A stretch of 64,000 bases of DNA from an uncultured virus (IMG/VR IMGVR_UViG_2831971958_000015). Its lineage: Duplodnaviria; Heunggongvirae; Uroviricota; Caudoviricetes. Positions within the stretch are counted from its first letter, which is position 1. Every line of letters starts with the position of its first letter. The translations under genes were made by a program, and so were the position numbers. The stretch lies in the IMG/VR virus record IMGVR_UViG_2831971958_000015; one strand, given 5' to 3'. The notes beneath the pieces are model-generated. The model was not told the origin of the DNA. It did not search any database and was given only the letters and a program-made list of their open reading frames with translations. Of this stretch, positions 36,276 to 45,698 are shown piece after piece.

Positions 36276-36643
36276 ACTCACATGCCAGTTTGTTTATCAA
36301 CCAAGGCTGTGATGCACTTATTCTCGCTGACAGGCTGGGACACGAAAAGGTATCCACAACACTGAATACCTACTCGCATCTGTTTCCGCACAAACAGCAG
36401 GAACTTGTCAGCAATCTGGAACAGCTTGCGGCAACCGTTGGTGTTACACCGACACCGGAGCCGCCAACGAGTAACCCTTTACTTGAAACTATGGGAACTT
36501 CCTATAATGATGACACGGCTGACAGTTTAGCTACTTCAGATACAGTATGCGCCAATACAGGACTTCCATACGGACCGGCGCCACTGCCAAAGGAAACAGC
36601 ACCGGGAAAAGTTATCCCTATGCCCCAAAGAAAAGTTATTTAA
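36272..36643 (+). pseudogene. C-terminal stump of a tyrosine integrase
   Basis: HSHASL..RLGH..STT.NTYSHL; the LRH motif and everything upstream are missing. Confidence 0.85.
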
Positions 36644-36739
36644 TTTTCCAAATACTGTTTGGAAAATGCAAGCTACAATAAAATGATGCGGAACAGAGTA
36701 GTTGCGTTTAGTAGCAAAATAGTAGCAGAGCAAAAGAAA

Positions 36740-36778
36740 AAGTCCGGGAATGCCCTATTTATAAGGCTTCCCAGACTT
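36740..36778. terminator. Stem-loop next to att
   Basis: AAGTCCGGGAA/TTCCCAGACTT inverted repeat. Confidence 0.6.
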
Positions 36779-36785
36779 GTGGCTA

Positions 36786-36800
36786 CTATTCAAACTCGAT
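36786..36800 (-). repeat. Candidate att core duplicating the guaA 3' end
   Basis: ATC GAG TTT GAA TAG = IEFE*, as in the GuaA C-terminus; TAGTAGCA arm-like direct repeat near 36709..36727. Confidence 0.6.
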
Positions 36801-36916
36801 TTCGTTATGGCGTTTTTCAGAACTTTCATTGTTAAAAAAAATTATTCTACCACTCATTTTGTTGTTTCCTACTCTCTGTACTTCTGTCTTGATTTGCTCT
36901 TAACATCACGAAAACA

Positions 36917-37390
36917 TCACGGGGTAATCTCCACCACATCCTCTATTCCGCATTGCAGCTTGAACCTTATCCGGTTTTTTCTTAGGCAACCAATGATATA
37001 TTCCGCATTGTTCTCCACAATCTCATAGGCTCTCTCCGCAGAAGGGTAATTGTATGTTGTGTTATATCCATTCTTTACTCCATCACACTGCAATATGAAG
37101 AACGTTTCCAGTGCTTTTGTCTTTCTGGTGTGATCCTTCTTATCGAAAAAGCACAGCGTTTTAATTTCAAACTCATTGCCAGCATCATAGTCCATTTGTA
37201 ACTCTCTAATATCATGATTTCCTTTACGCAAAGAATAGTAATGGCCCGCTATTCTACGAACCGCATCAGAAGCCATGCCAACATACGCTTTTCCATTATG
37301 CAGATTCCGTATTAAATAAACGCATGAAGGTTCTATATCGGTAGATATATCTTCAATCCTGATTTCATTCACCTTATTCGAAATCTTCAT
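36917..37390 (-). CDS. GIY-YIG nuclease domain protein
   Basis: CVYLIRN..GKAYVG..RR..H..E..GYN. Confidence 0.8.
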   Translation of the reverse strand: MKISNKVNEIRIEDISTDIEPSCVYLIRNLHNGKAYVGMASDAVRRIAGHYYSLRKGNHDIRELQMDYDAGNEFEIKTLCFFDKKDHTRKTKALETFFILQCDGVKNGYNTTYNYPSAERAYEIVENNAEYIIGCLRKNRIRFKLQCGIEDVVEITP

Positions 37391-37589
37391 CGTAAACGAT
37401 CACCTCTTCCACCTTGCACTGTAGGCGTTTGCATATCCGTTCCACTACATCAAGACTTACCTTCTGATTTTTTCCCATCTTCGCAAGTGTACCCCTGCTG
37501 ACCGTTCCGTCCTCAACTAAATCCATTTTCTTCATATCCTTATCAATCAAAGTCTTCCAAAGTGGTTTGTATGTAATCATAATCATCAC
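37374..37589 (-). CDS. XRE/Cro (HTH_26-like) regulator
   Basis: ITYKPLWKTLIDKDMKK..TLAKMGKN..IC..L.C. Confidence 0.9.
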   Translation of the reverse strand: MMIMITYKPLWKTLIDKDMKKMDLVEDGTVSRGTLAKMGKNQKVSLDVVERICKRLQCKVEEVIVYDEDFE

Positions 37590-37667
37590 CTCTTTTATAT
37601 CTTATCAAAGTTCATTCTCAACGTCAAGAAAAAGTTCTAATTTCTTGAAATTTTTTTCTATAAACTA

Positions 37668-37695
37668 TTGACACTCGCTGTGCATATGGTAATAT
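37668..37695 (+). promoter_or_regulatory. Sigma-A promoter of the amidoligase operon
   Basis: TTGACA, 16 bp, TAATAT with upstream TG. Confidence 0.55.
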
Positions 37696-37756
37696 GAATA
37701 TAACAAGAACGCAGAACAAAATTCTAATATATCAAAACTTTTAGGAGGGCAAACAC

Positions 37757-38680
37757 ATGTTGAAAAATCAGAAATTCGGAGTAGAAGTAGAAATGACAGG
37801 TATCACAAGAGAAAAGGCAGCTGCCATTGTTGCAGAAGTTCTCGGGACCACGGCATCCAGACCAGACAGCACTTGCTATCAAACTCGTATTATTGCTGAC
37901 CAGGCGGCACGCAAATGGAAAGTTATGAGAGATTCCTCAATTACTTCAATCAGGAATGATGGCAGTGATTCTCCAATGGATGAGTATAAGGTAGAATTCG
38001 TAACACCGCCTCTGGGATATGAGGACATAGAGCTTTTGCAAAATATCATCAGAAAATTACGTGAAAGCGGAGCAAAATCTCATAGCAGCTGTGGCATCCA
38101 TATCCATGTAGACGGAGCAAATCATAATGCGAATTCTCTTCGGAGGCTGGTGAACTTTATGACTTCCCGGCAGGATCTGATTTATGAAGCACTTGAAATC
38201 GGGAATCGTGCCGACCACTGGTGTCACAAATTAAATTCCGCGCTCCTTATCGAAATGAAAAAGGATAAAAACCTTTCAAAAGAAAAGGCAGAACAGATTT
38301 GGTACAGCAGTGCAAATGACGGATATTGCGGTGGTGTTAGCCATGAGCACTATAACAAAACCCGCTATCACGGCGTCAACCTTCACAGCTACTTCTCCAA
38401 AGGTACTGTAGAATTCAGGCTTTTCAACAGCACCCTCCACGCTGGAAAAATCAAGGCTTATGTTCAGTTTTGCTTAGCCATATCTGCATGGGCCATCACA
38501 TCGCAGGAAAAAATCGTATTCCGTTCTATGGCCGGATATACACCTGAGAAGAAAGTTACCATTATGAGAAACATCCTCACTCACCGGCTCGGCCTGTATG
38601 GAGACGAATTCAAGACTTGCCGGCTGCACCTTATGACACCTTTGAAAAAAGCCGCTGGCATGACCTGCAGGGCAGCTTAA
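37757..38680 (+). CDS. Amidoligase (COOH-NH2 ligase type 2)
   Basis: FGVEVE, WKVMRDSSI, EFVTP, SCGIHIHV, RYHGVN, TVEFRLF. Confidence 0.9.
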   Translation: MLKNQKFGVEVEMTGITREKAAAIVAEVLGTTASRPDSTCYQTRIIADQAARKWKVMRDSSITSIRNDGSDSPMDEYKVEFVTPPLGYEDIELLQNIIRKLRESGAKSHSSCGIHIHVDGANHNANSLRRLVNFMTSRQDLIYEALEIGNRADHWCHKLNSALLIEMKKDKNLSKEKAEQIWYSSANDGYCGGVSHEHYNKTRYHGVNLHSYFSKGTVEFRLFNSTLHAGKIKAYVQFCLAISAWAITSQEKIVFRSMAGYTPEKKVTIMRNILTHRLGLYGDEFKTCRLHLMTPLKKAAGMTCRAA

Positions 38681-38724
38681 TATATATGCTGACCTATCGG
38701 CATGACGGGGAGAAGGGAGATATC

Positions 38725-39168
38725 ATGGGAAAATTATACATTGCATACGGAAGCAACCTTAACCTGGCCCAGATGGCCGCTAGATGTCCCTCTGCGAGCG
38801 TTTATGCAAAGGGAGTATTAAATAACTGGGAGCTGGTCTACAGAGGCCGTAAGGCGAACTCACACGCCACAATCATAAGGAAGCGGGGATCCACCGTGCC
38901 GGTCCTTGTATGGGAGATTCAGCCAATAGATGAATACCGCCTCGACATATATGAGGGATATCCTCGCTACTATTTCAAGAAGGATATCATGGTGACTATT
39001 GCCGGGAGAAAAAAGAAAGCCATGGTTTATATCATGGATGAAGAGCAGCTGCCCGGCCGACCTTCTTCCCAATATGTCAAAACCATCCTCCAAGGATATG
39101 TAGATAATGATATGGATATCAGCATTCTCAAAAAGTCTTTGGAAGTAAATTCCATTGAATGTGCATAA
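38725..39168 (+). CDS. Gamma-glutamylcyclotransferase (AIG2-like)
   Basis: YIAYGSNLN..QM..RCP; LDIYEGYP..Y; start set at MGKLY. Confidence 0.9.
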   Translation: MGKLYIAYGSNLNLAQMAARCPSASVYAKGVLNNWELVYRGRKANSHATIIRKRGSTVPVLVWEIQPIDEYRLDIYEGYPRYYFKKDIMVTIAGRKKKAMVYIMDEEQLPGRPSSQYVKTILQGYVDNDMDISILKKSLEVNSIECA

Positions 39169-39235
39169 GATTTGTGGTATAAAAAAAGACGTTCGCTCCA
39201 TGAACGTCTTTCCTTATGACGGCAGTGTTGCAGCA

Positions 39236-39499
39236 CTACCTGTCAGATGATGATGAAATCAGAGAGCCGTTCTTGGTATGTAGGACTTTTGGGCTTTCAT
39301 CCGGCACCCGCACAATCAATTCATCGAGTTTGCAGTCCAGGGCTTCACAAATGAGATCTAAATGTTCCAGATTAACCCTGTCAACCAACTCATGGTACAA
39401 TTCATTGATTGTGTTTGGCCGGATGCCAGTAGCCCTTGCCAAGTCTGCTTGCGTCCACCTGAGTTCACCGAGCTTAGTAGATAGTAAAATTCTTATCAT
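39236..39499 (-). CDS. XRE/Cro regulator
   Basis: WTQADLARATGIRPNTI..IC.AL.C. Confidence 0.9.
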   Translation of the reverse strand: MIRILLSTKLGELRWTQADLARATGIRPNTINELYHELVDRVNLEHLDLICEALDCKLDELIVRVPDESPKVLHTKNGSLISSSSDR

Positions 39500-39617
39500 A
39501 CGTCGCCGCTCCTTCCGCTATAAAATATCATTTTTCGACACGCTCATGTGCCTTTTGTTATTTTATAGCGGTTTGAGTTATATCCTATCATATACCGATA
39601 AGCGGAGCGGCATCCGA

Positions 39618-41429
39618 TCAGTTCAATATCTTCCCATATTCTTCATCAAGGGCAATCCATCCGTCTTCCTTAGTCTCGTAGGACTTCAGCAATCCCCAGA
39701 GTTTCGCCCCGGCCCCATCTTTGGTCTTTACGATAGTGAAGGTACCTTTGCCGGTATAGACAGCCTGGCCATTCTTCTTGTGATAATCAAAAGTGGTTCC
39801 CGCCCCTTTCCGAATTCGTAAATCAGAAATGGTTACTTGGAACTTAAACTCCCGATCTGTTACGGCGGAAGATATGCACGGGTATACTTCATTTCCAGAA
39901 TCATCAAATACTTTATACCCGCTATTCTGCTTGCAGAGTTCAATGGCGTTATTCTGATCTTTAAATGCGCCAATCTGGCTCCCGGAATCTACCCAATTCG
40001 TGCGGACACGATAATACCCCGTCCCGGCCGTACTTGCTTTCTGTTCTTCCGTTGCCTTAAAAGAGACATAATCGGGAATAGCTGTGATAAACAGACCGCT
40101 TTCCAGCTTATACCACTTCTCGTCTGCAGAAATGCCGGCAACAACAAAAGTTCCCTCATGCACAATCTGATCCACCTCTGCAGTGATGCTCGGCGCCTTT
40201 CTGATATTCAGTCCATCGACGCCCTTATAGACGACTGTCACGGAGCCATTCAAGGCATTGATCTTCTGCCCGCTGGTATCATCACTCGCAATATCCACAG
40301 GTACCCAGGGTACGGTTGTGATATCTCCGCCGGCCATTGCCTTTTTAACATCTTTTCGGAACTGATCCATAGAAAGGCCATATCTGCTCCAGATATGCTC
40401 CACATCACCATGGTTAGAGGCAATCCCCTTCACATTCCCCTCGTGGTGGCTCATCAACACATTGCTGTCCTCCGGATTGAATCCAAACTTCTTGCAGATA
40501 TGCGCAAAGAACTGTACTGCATTGGCATATGTGGCCAGCACATGGGATTTTGTGTTCGCTCCATTTCCCGTTTCGATCCAGGTGGCGCCGCCGGTATATT
40601 TAATCGAGGCCGGCTCGGTCATCTCGATACTGATTAGGCTATTGTTTCCGCTGCCATTACGGCCGCTTCCGCAGTGCCATCCTTTCATGTTCCAAGGAAG
40701 CAGCTGGTACACAACAGCATCTTTCCCCACCACTGCATGAACACAAACCGAAGCACTGCTGCGCTGCCAGTTCTTTACAAAAACCAGAGGATCCGGCTGT
40801 GGACACCCAACGCTGTGGAGCATTCCTCCTTTCAGCGTAATGCCAACGCCTGCTTTATAGCACGGATTCTGTGTTGCCATTTTTTCGATAATAGTAATGC
40901 TCATTTTTTCCTCGCTTTCTGTGGATTCAACCACTGCATCAAACTTGGTAAGGCAAAACCTCTCGATGATGCCGCATACCTTGGACACATACGATACATC
41001 CGTGGCATAGCCACCATCCTTAATTATCTGGATAGCCGTTTTATAGTCCTTTTCCCCTTTCAGACCAGCATATCGCAGCGTATTTCCATTCATAGCACCG
41101 TTCAAATAGCAGGAATGATCCCTTACGCTTGATTCCATATCCGGGTACCTTCTGAAATCTGCCGTGACGGTATATTCTTTTCCGTCGGGATCCTGTTCCT
41201 TTGTCTGCTTGGTATATTTGGAGACGCCGTCCCACGCACTGTCCCAGGTGTTCCCGCTCAAAGAACACTTCATGCCAAAAAAATTATTGGCATTCAAAGC
41301 AAGTTCAGTGGTTCCATATCCTGATTCCAAAATTGCCTGTGCAATAGAAACGGAGGCGAGTATTCCGCTCGCCCCCATATCTTTTACAGCACATTCACTT
41401 ACTGCCTGAATAAATTCCTGTTCTGACAT
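39618..41429 (-). CDS. Endolysin (glucosaminidase + Amidase_2 + SH3-like domains)
   Basis: IAQAILESGYG, NNFFGMK, GYATD; MLHSVGCPQP, GWHCG, ASNHGD. Confidence 0.9.
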   Translation of the reverse strand: MSEQEFIQAVSECAVKDMGASGILASVSIAQAILESGYGTTELALNANNFFGMKCSLSGNTWDSAWDGVSKYTKQTKEQDPDGKEYTVTADFRRYPDMESSVRDHSCYLNGAMNGNTLRYAGLKGEKDYKTAIQIIKDGGYATDVSYVSKVCGIIERFCLTKFDAVVESTESEEKMSITIIEKMATQNPCYKAGVGITLKGGMLHSVGCPQPDPLVFVKNWQRSSASVCVHAVVGKDAVVYQLLPWNMKGWHCGSGRNGSGNNSLISIEMTEPASIKYTGGATWIETGNGANTKSHVLATYANAVQFFAHICKKFGFNPEDSNVLMSHHEGNVKGIASNHGDVEHIWSRYGLSMDQFRKDVKKAMAGGDITTVPWVPVDIASDDTSGQKINALNGSVTVVYKGVDGLNIRKAPSITAEVDQIVHEGTFVVAGISADEKWYKLESGLFITAIPDYVSFKATEEQKASTAGTGYYRVRTNWVDSGSQIGAFKDQNNAIELCKQNSGYKVFDDSGNEVYPCISSAVTDREFKFQVTISDLRIRKGAGTTFDYHKKNGQAVYTGKGTFTIVKTKDGAGAKLWGLLKSYETKEDGWIALDEEYGKILN

Positions 41430-41437
41430 ATTTTTAC

Positions 41438-41797
41438 CTATCCCTTTGTTCTGTAGAAGCGTTTCCAGATATCAATCAGGTAATCCCATCCTTTACAGCA
41501 GATAATCGCCACCAGGAAGGCTGCAAAAACAACCGCCACAAGGTAATACCAGACAAACGCAATCCCCGCATATGAGATATATGCAAAGAATGCGATTGTG
41601 CAGATGATGATCGACAGAGCCAGCACCTGGAGAGACGTAGGAATCTTGTTAAGGATTCCGATCTCCTTTGTAAATTCCGTGATCACAGAGATAAGGGTGC
41701 AGATGACCGCCACCACAACCAAAATCACCGATGCATTCGAGATAATAAATTCCATGTTCATAAATATCCTCCTGTTTGATAAGTTAATAGATTTCAT
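41438..41797 (-). CDS. Holin-like membrane protein
   Basis: Three TM helices; adjacent to endolysin. Confidence 0.7.
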   Translation of the reverse strand: MKSINLSNRRIFMNMEFIISNASVILVVVAVICTLISVITEFTKEIGILNKIPTSLQVLALSIIICTIAFFAYISYAGIAFVWYYLVAVVFAAFLVAIICCKGWDYLIDIWKRFYRTKG

Positions 41798-42113
41798 GTA
41801 CGCTTTGCTCTACAAAAAAGTCCTTCTGCTCATGCTTGATTTTCCGGGCATATTCCAGAGCCGCATGCATATCGCCATTGCAATGCGCATCTGGAATCCT
41901 GGATACGGCTTCTGCTGTCGCTTCCCCCAGGGCGATTGCCGCCCCAATGCTTTTTACCATGAGTATCTCGTTCTTTTCTCTGGCAGCCTCCTTTTCATCC
42001 TGCCTTTTTTCCCGCTTCTCCAAATGTTTTTGCAGCATCCAAAAGCAAAAACCTGTAAACGCTGACGGAATACTCATGGCCACAATCAAAGCCATCGGAT
42101 CCATTATCCTCAC
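41784..42113 (-). CDS. Lysis-cassette membrane protein
   Basis: N-terminal TM; ALGEATA..HCNGDM..AL. Confidence 0.65.
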   Translation of the reverse strand: MRIMDPMALIVAMSIPSAFTGFCFWMLQKHLEKREKRQDEKEAAREKNEILMVKSIGAAIALGEATAEAVSRIPDAHCNGDMHAALEYARKIKHEQKDFFVEQSVHEIY

Positions 42114-42148
42114 CTCCCCTCTATAAAAAATTGCATTAAAAAAGAGCC

Positions 42149-42388
42149 TTACGGCTCTAATTCAGCACTGGTTTCTTTATACTGCTCCATAACCTCCCGG
42201 ACGATTGCCATATCCTCTTCCAGCTTTTTATCTGTAAACGCCTGGTCATTCTGTAAGAGTTTCAAGTCCGTCGCCTGCCTGGCAACAATTTTCCCCAGTC
42301 GGTATATGATTTCATCCTGTTTTTCCACCATATCCATATAGAGATCCAGAAGTTCTAAAAAATTATCTTCATCCATATGAAGTACCAT
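42149..42388 (-). CDS. Small coiled-coil hypothetical protein
   Basis: Co-oriented ORF; VEKQDEIIYRL. Confidence 0.6.
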   Translation of the reverse strand: MVLHMDEDNFLELLDLYMDMVEKQDEIIYRLGKIVARQATDLKLLQNDQAFTDKKLEEDMAIVREVMEQYKETSAELEP

Positions 42389-42421
42389 TCCTTTCTACTG
42401 AATTAGCCCCCGACTTTACAG

Positions 42422-42673
42422 TTACAGCCCCTGCTCTGCAGCATCAATTTCCTGCTGGAGTTCGTTGATCCTGTCCCTGACCTCCTGCCGGGCATCCATC
42501 AGAGCTTTTGTGTCATATGGATCTGCTTCCTCTCTCATGCGGGCCTCATAAGTCTTGGTAATCTTCCAGTCCCCAATATCACTCTGGGTGCTGGAAAGTT
42601 GGCTCATAAGGTTGATAATCTCCTGCTGTTTTTCCTGAACTTCTTCCGGCGTCAATGTCTTCTTTAATTCCAT
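42422..42673 (-). CDS. Tail-fibre assembly-like protein
   Basis: DW.I.K..RQ..RD.IN motif. Confidence 0.55.
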   Translation of the reverse strand: MELKKTLTPEEVQEKQQEIINLMSQLSSTQSDIGDWKITKTYEARMREEADPYDTKALMDARQEVRDRINELQQEIDAAEQGL

Positions 42674-42674
42674 A

Positions 42675-43832
42675 CTAAAATCCTCCTATCAATGTCTTAA
42701 AAAGTTTATCCAGTTCTCCGATGCTGCGGTAATTATCATAATGAACCGCATTCCCACGCCAACTTCTATAATGATGTACCGCTTCGACCCTTGACATTTT
42801 TCCTTCTGCAATGAGAGCTGCATGTTTTTTGATTCTTATGCGCTCTCTCACAATCGTATCATGATGGAGCAGCCGATACAGTTTTCCGGATTCCGTCAGC
42901 CGATATTTTACTTTCAGCCAAACAAAGGGCCTATTCAGCGGAACAATCTGCGTCTTTCTTTGGTTTATAAATAACCCCGCTTCAGATGCGATATGCTCCA
43001 GATCAGCCCTATTCTGCTTCAGCCGCTCCTTGTCATCATTGATATTATTGATATCGTCCATGTATCGCCCATAATATTTTTCGCCCCTGACAATTTTAAA
43101 GTAATTATCTATGGCATGGGGATAATACACACCGCCTGACTGAGATGTCTCCGAACCAATATTCAACGACTTATGCAATAGCTTCTCCCCCGGCCCCTGA
43201 TAATTCATATGTTCAAGGGAATTATACGGTACAGACATGGCTGCGGCATATTCTTCATCATCCATATAGGACACATCGGGAGCAAAAGCATCTATGAGCA
43301 GATCCGTCAGGGCATTTTCCTCCGGAAAATCCGTAAACTCGTGAAACTGCCCTTTCAATTCTTCATGCGGTACATTATCGAAAAATTTCGTAAAGTCAGC
43401 AAACAACGCATACCCGCCATTATAGGGCTTCAAACCTTTCTCTACCCTCTCGCGATAATGCTTATGGATATGGGTTTCAAAACGCTGTCTCGCAAAATCA
43501 TTGCCTCTGCCTTGGATGGATGCGCCGTTGTCATAGATTATGCGCCTGTGGATCTCCGGCAAGAGAATCTGCTGGTTATGGGCTTTTGCCACAACACGAT
43601 CCTCTATCGCCGGAGCCTTCACAGGCCTTACCTTGCCTCGTTCAGACAGTATAAATTCTTTGCATTTTGATGGGTGGTAAGCGCCACTCTCGATGCTCTG
43701 CTTTATTTCCAAAGTCTTGAGCATTACATTGGCCTCATACCTTTGGGTGGACGCTTTCCAATCGCTCCCGCTCCTGCATTGATCAAACGCATTTAGCAAC
43801 ACGTTCATATCTGCCACTCTGTTCATATTCAT
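42675..43832 (-). CDS. DGR reverse transcriptase (DGR2)
   Basis: ERGK.R, DRVV, DNGAS, DF..FFDN, IGSETSQ, YGRYMDD. Confidence 0.92.
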   Translation of the reverse strand: MNMNRVADMNVLLNAFDQCRSGSDWKASTQRYEANVMLKTLEIKQSIESGAYHPSKCKEFILSERGKVRPVKAPAIEDRVVAKAHNQQILLPEIHRRIIYDNGASIQGRGNDFARQRFETHIHKHYRERVEKGLKPYNGGYALFADFTKFFDNVPHEELKGQFHEFTDFPEENALTDLLIDAFAPDVSYMDDEEYAAAMSVPYNSLEHMNYQGPGEKLLHKSLNIGSETSQSGGVYYPHAIDNYFKIVRGEKYYGRYMDDINNINDDKERLKQNRADLEHIASEAGLFINQRKTQIVPLNRPFVWLKVKYRLTESGKLYRLLHHDTIVRERIRIKKHAALIAEGKMSRVEAVHHYRSWRGNAVHYDNYRSIGELDKLFKTLIGGF

Positions 43833-43975
43833 TACCTACAAAATTTAAACCCTGTTTACAGCGGACAACTGTCGTAACAGGCCGCATCATGGGACATATT
43901 CGCCCTAAGGCAGGACGCACACTCCTTCCAATCCGCACACCTGGGGAATCTTCCCTCTATAATGGGTGCGCTTGA

Positions 43976-44093
43976 AATCGGGGGCAAACCACATTCACGT
44001 TCGAGGCGTTGCCGTTGTTCGGATTGCCGTTAGCGTTCACATTGCAGAAGGTCGTCGAATTGCAGACCGACCGCAACCACCGGTTGAAGCGAC
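43976..44093 (-). ncRNA. DGR2 template repeat (TR)
   Basis: 118-bp gapless match to 44800..44917; 15 mismatches, all at TR adenines. Confidence 0.95.
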
Positions 44094-44116
44094 TATATAG
44101 TGTGTGCCCTATGGAT

Positions 44117-44698
44117 TTATTTCCTTATCTTGGCCAACGTCTTATTGTCAGCGGTACGCACACCTTTTACAAGTGCGATTTCCCGCTGTATCCGGATCAG
44201 ATACCGTTCATATTTATTGGCATCTACCGGAAGCGTCTGCCTGATATAATCCATCCAGCTTGTCAGCTGATAGCAATTTCCTATGGCCTGGTTCAGATAT
44301 CCTCTTCGTTGCGTGTATTCTGCTTCCTTCGTGATATATATGCTGTTGGCATAATACAGATTGTTCAGCAGATTCTCTAAAATTCTAAGAATAGCGCTTC
44401 TGAAATAGGATATTAGCCATTCTGGATACTGCTCCAACTCCTTTACATCGTATGTGGCATTATTGATGATGGTATCTATTTTCTGACAGTCCTCACCCGT
44501 CATGCCATACCGCTTTTTCATCCACTCCAATTCTTCCTTTGACGGTTCATCCAGCCTCACCTCCTTCAAATGCTCTCTTATCCGGGACTTCACGCCAAAA
44601 TCTCGTAGTAAAAGTTCTGTCATTTCCCGTCGTAAATTCAGGGCATTATGCAAAAATTCCATCGGACTCTCAGATCTCTTGTGTTTCGGTACACTCAT
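44117..44698 (-). CDS. avd: Avd-like accessory protein (long form, 193 aa)
   Basis: MSVP..KR.ES..EF; ANSIY..E...RR....AIG.C; between target and TR. Confidence 0.75.
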   Translation of the reverse strand: MSVPKHKRSESPMEFLHNALNLRREMTELLLRDFGVKSRIREHLKEVRLDEPSKEELEWMKKRYGMTGEDCQKIDTIINNATYDVKELEQYPEWLISYFRSAILRILENLLNNLYYANSIYITKEAEYTQRRGYLNQAIGNCYQLTSWMDYIRQTLPVDANKYERYLIRIQREIALVKGVRTADNKTLAKIRK

Positions 44699-44740
44699 TT
44701 TAACTTTCTCCTCAGAACCCCAAAATCCAAAATGTGGCGA

Positions 44741-44787
44741 CCGGCCTTACGGCCGGGACTGTATCACGGCCCACAAGGGGCCGTGAT
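44741..44787 (-). promoter_or_regulatory. Two post-VR hairpins of DGR2
   Basis: ATCACGGCCC-N5-GGGCCGTGAT (44763..44787) and CCGGCC-GTAA-GGCCGG (44741..44756). Confidence 0.75.
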
Positions 44788-45689
44788 TAGCCGATTGAGA
44801 AGCGGGGGCAAACCACAAGCACGTACGAGGCGCTGCCGTAGGCCGGATGGCCGTAAGCGGTCACAAAGCAGAAGGTCGTCGAATGGCAGACCGACCGCAA
44901 CCACCGGTCGAAGCGACGGTTCATAATCTTATCAATTTTCATTCCCGGAAGTTGCTGATTCAATCCTATATTGTCATATGCACTGGACGAAAACGGCGTG
45001 GCACCATAAGCCTCCAATTCCGTCATGAGGATAGCTTTTTGATCACTCCATTCCCCTGCCGTGGATCCTCCCTGCCACCCCAGGCCTCCCCGGCTGGCAA
45101 CGGTAGTTGTTACCGTATTCGTAATATATTCCCTTGTCTGCAGCACATGAGCCGCTCCAAATGCACTCTCCAAAGCAGTCACTACTGCTGGTATCACAGT
45201 TTTGTTCATATAGCTGTCCTTATACCCGCCCGTAGTTATGTTAGTTGCATTCATATAGGCACTCCCAAGACCGTCCAGAGGCATCATAACAAGGTGCGGC
45301 CTGTTCTGCAGTTTGGGTGTATCTCCGTGGTTATTCAGGGAATTGATTCCCAGGACCACATACTGCGTCTTTGCCTTGGCTGCAAAATTCGTAACGGAAA
45401 TCGCCGGCGTATCTCTCTCAATGATGTCCCCAACGAATATATCCGAGAAATCTTTCGCCTGCACCATCTCTATAATTTCATCATAACTATAGAAATCTGT
45501 GAGCACCTTCCCGCCACGATAAATCTGGTTATGTGCCTCCGGCTCTCCGCCAGTCAAGAAATTAAACATATCTCTCGCAAAGTCCTCAGCCTTGATGATC
45601 TTATCCCCATTTTCCGTCACGATGTGTAAAAAACTGCCGCCTCCCGGAACGGAAGTCAGCCTTTCTAAATTCATAAATAACTGTTCCAT
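44787..45689 (-). CDS. DGR2 target: tail receptor-binding protein (DUF6273-like C-type lectin)
   Basis: GGY..S.M, WLRS..FC.V..G..AS..V.P.F; carries the VR. Confidence 0.85.
   Translation of the reverse strand: MEQLFMNLERLTSVPGGGSFLHIVTENGDKIIKAEDFARDMFNFLTGGEPEAHNQIYRGGKVLTDFYSYDEIIEMVQAKDFSDIFVGDIIERDTPAISVTNFAAKAKTQYVVLGINSLNNHGDTPKLQNRPHLVMMPLDGLGSAYMNATNITTGGYKDSYMNKTVIPAVVTALESAFGAAHVLQTREYITNTVTTTVASRGGLGWQGGSTAGEWSDQKAILMTELEAYGATPFSSSAYDNIGLNQQLPGMKIDKIMNRRFDRWLRSVCHSTTFCFVTAYGHPAYGSASYVLVVCPRFSIG
44800..44917 (-). repeat. DGR2 variable repeat (VR)
   Basis: TR CNSTTFCNVNANGNPNNGNASNVN reads CHSTTFCFVTAYGHPAYGSASYVL here. Confidence 0.95.
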
Positions 45690-45698
45690 TTTCTCCTC

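Noticed and set aside
36260..36643. Functional integrase of either prophage
   Set aside because: Only the C-terminus is present; it lies outside prophage 1's end and on the far side of the att core from prophage 2
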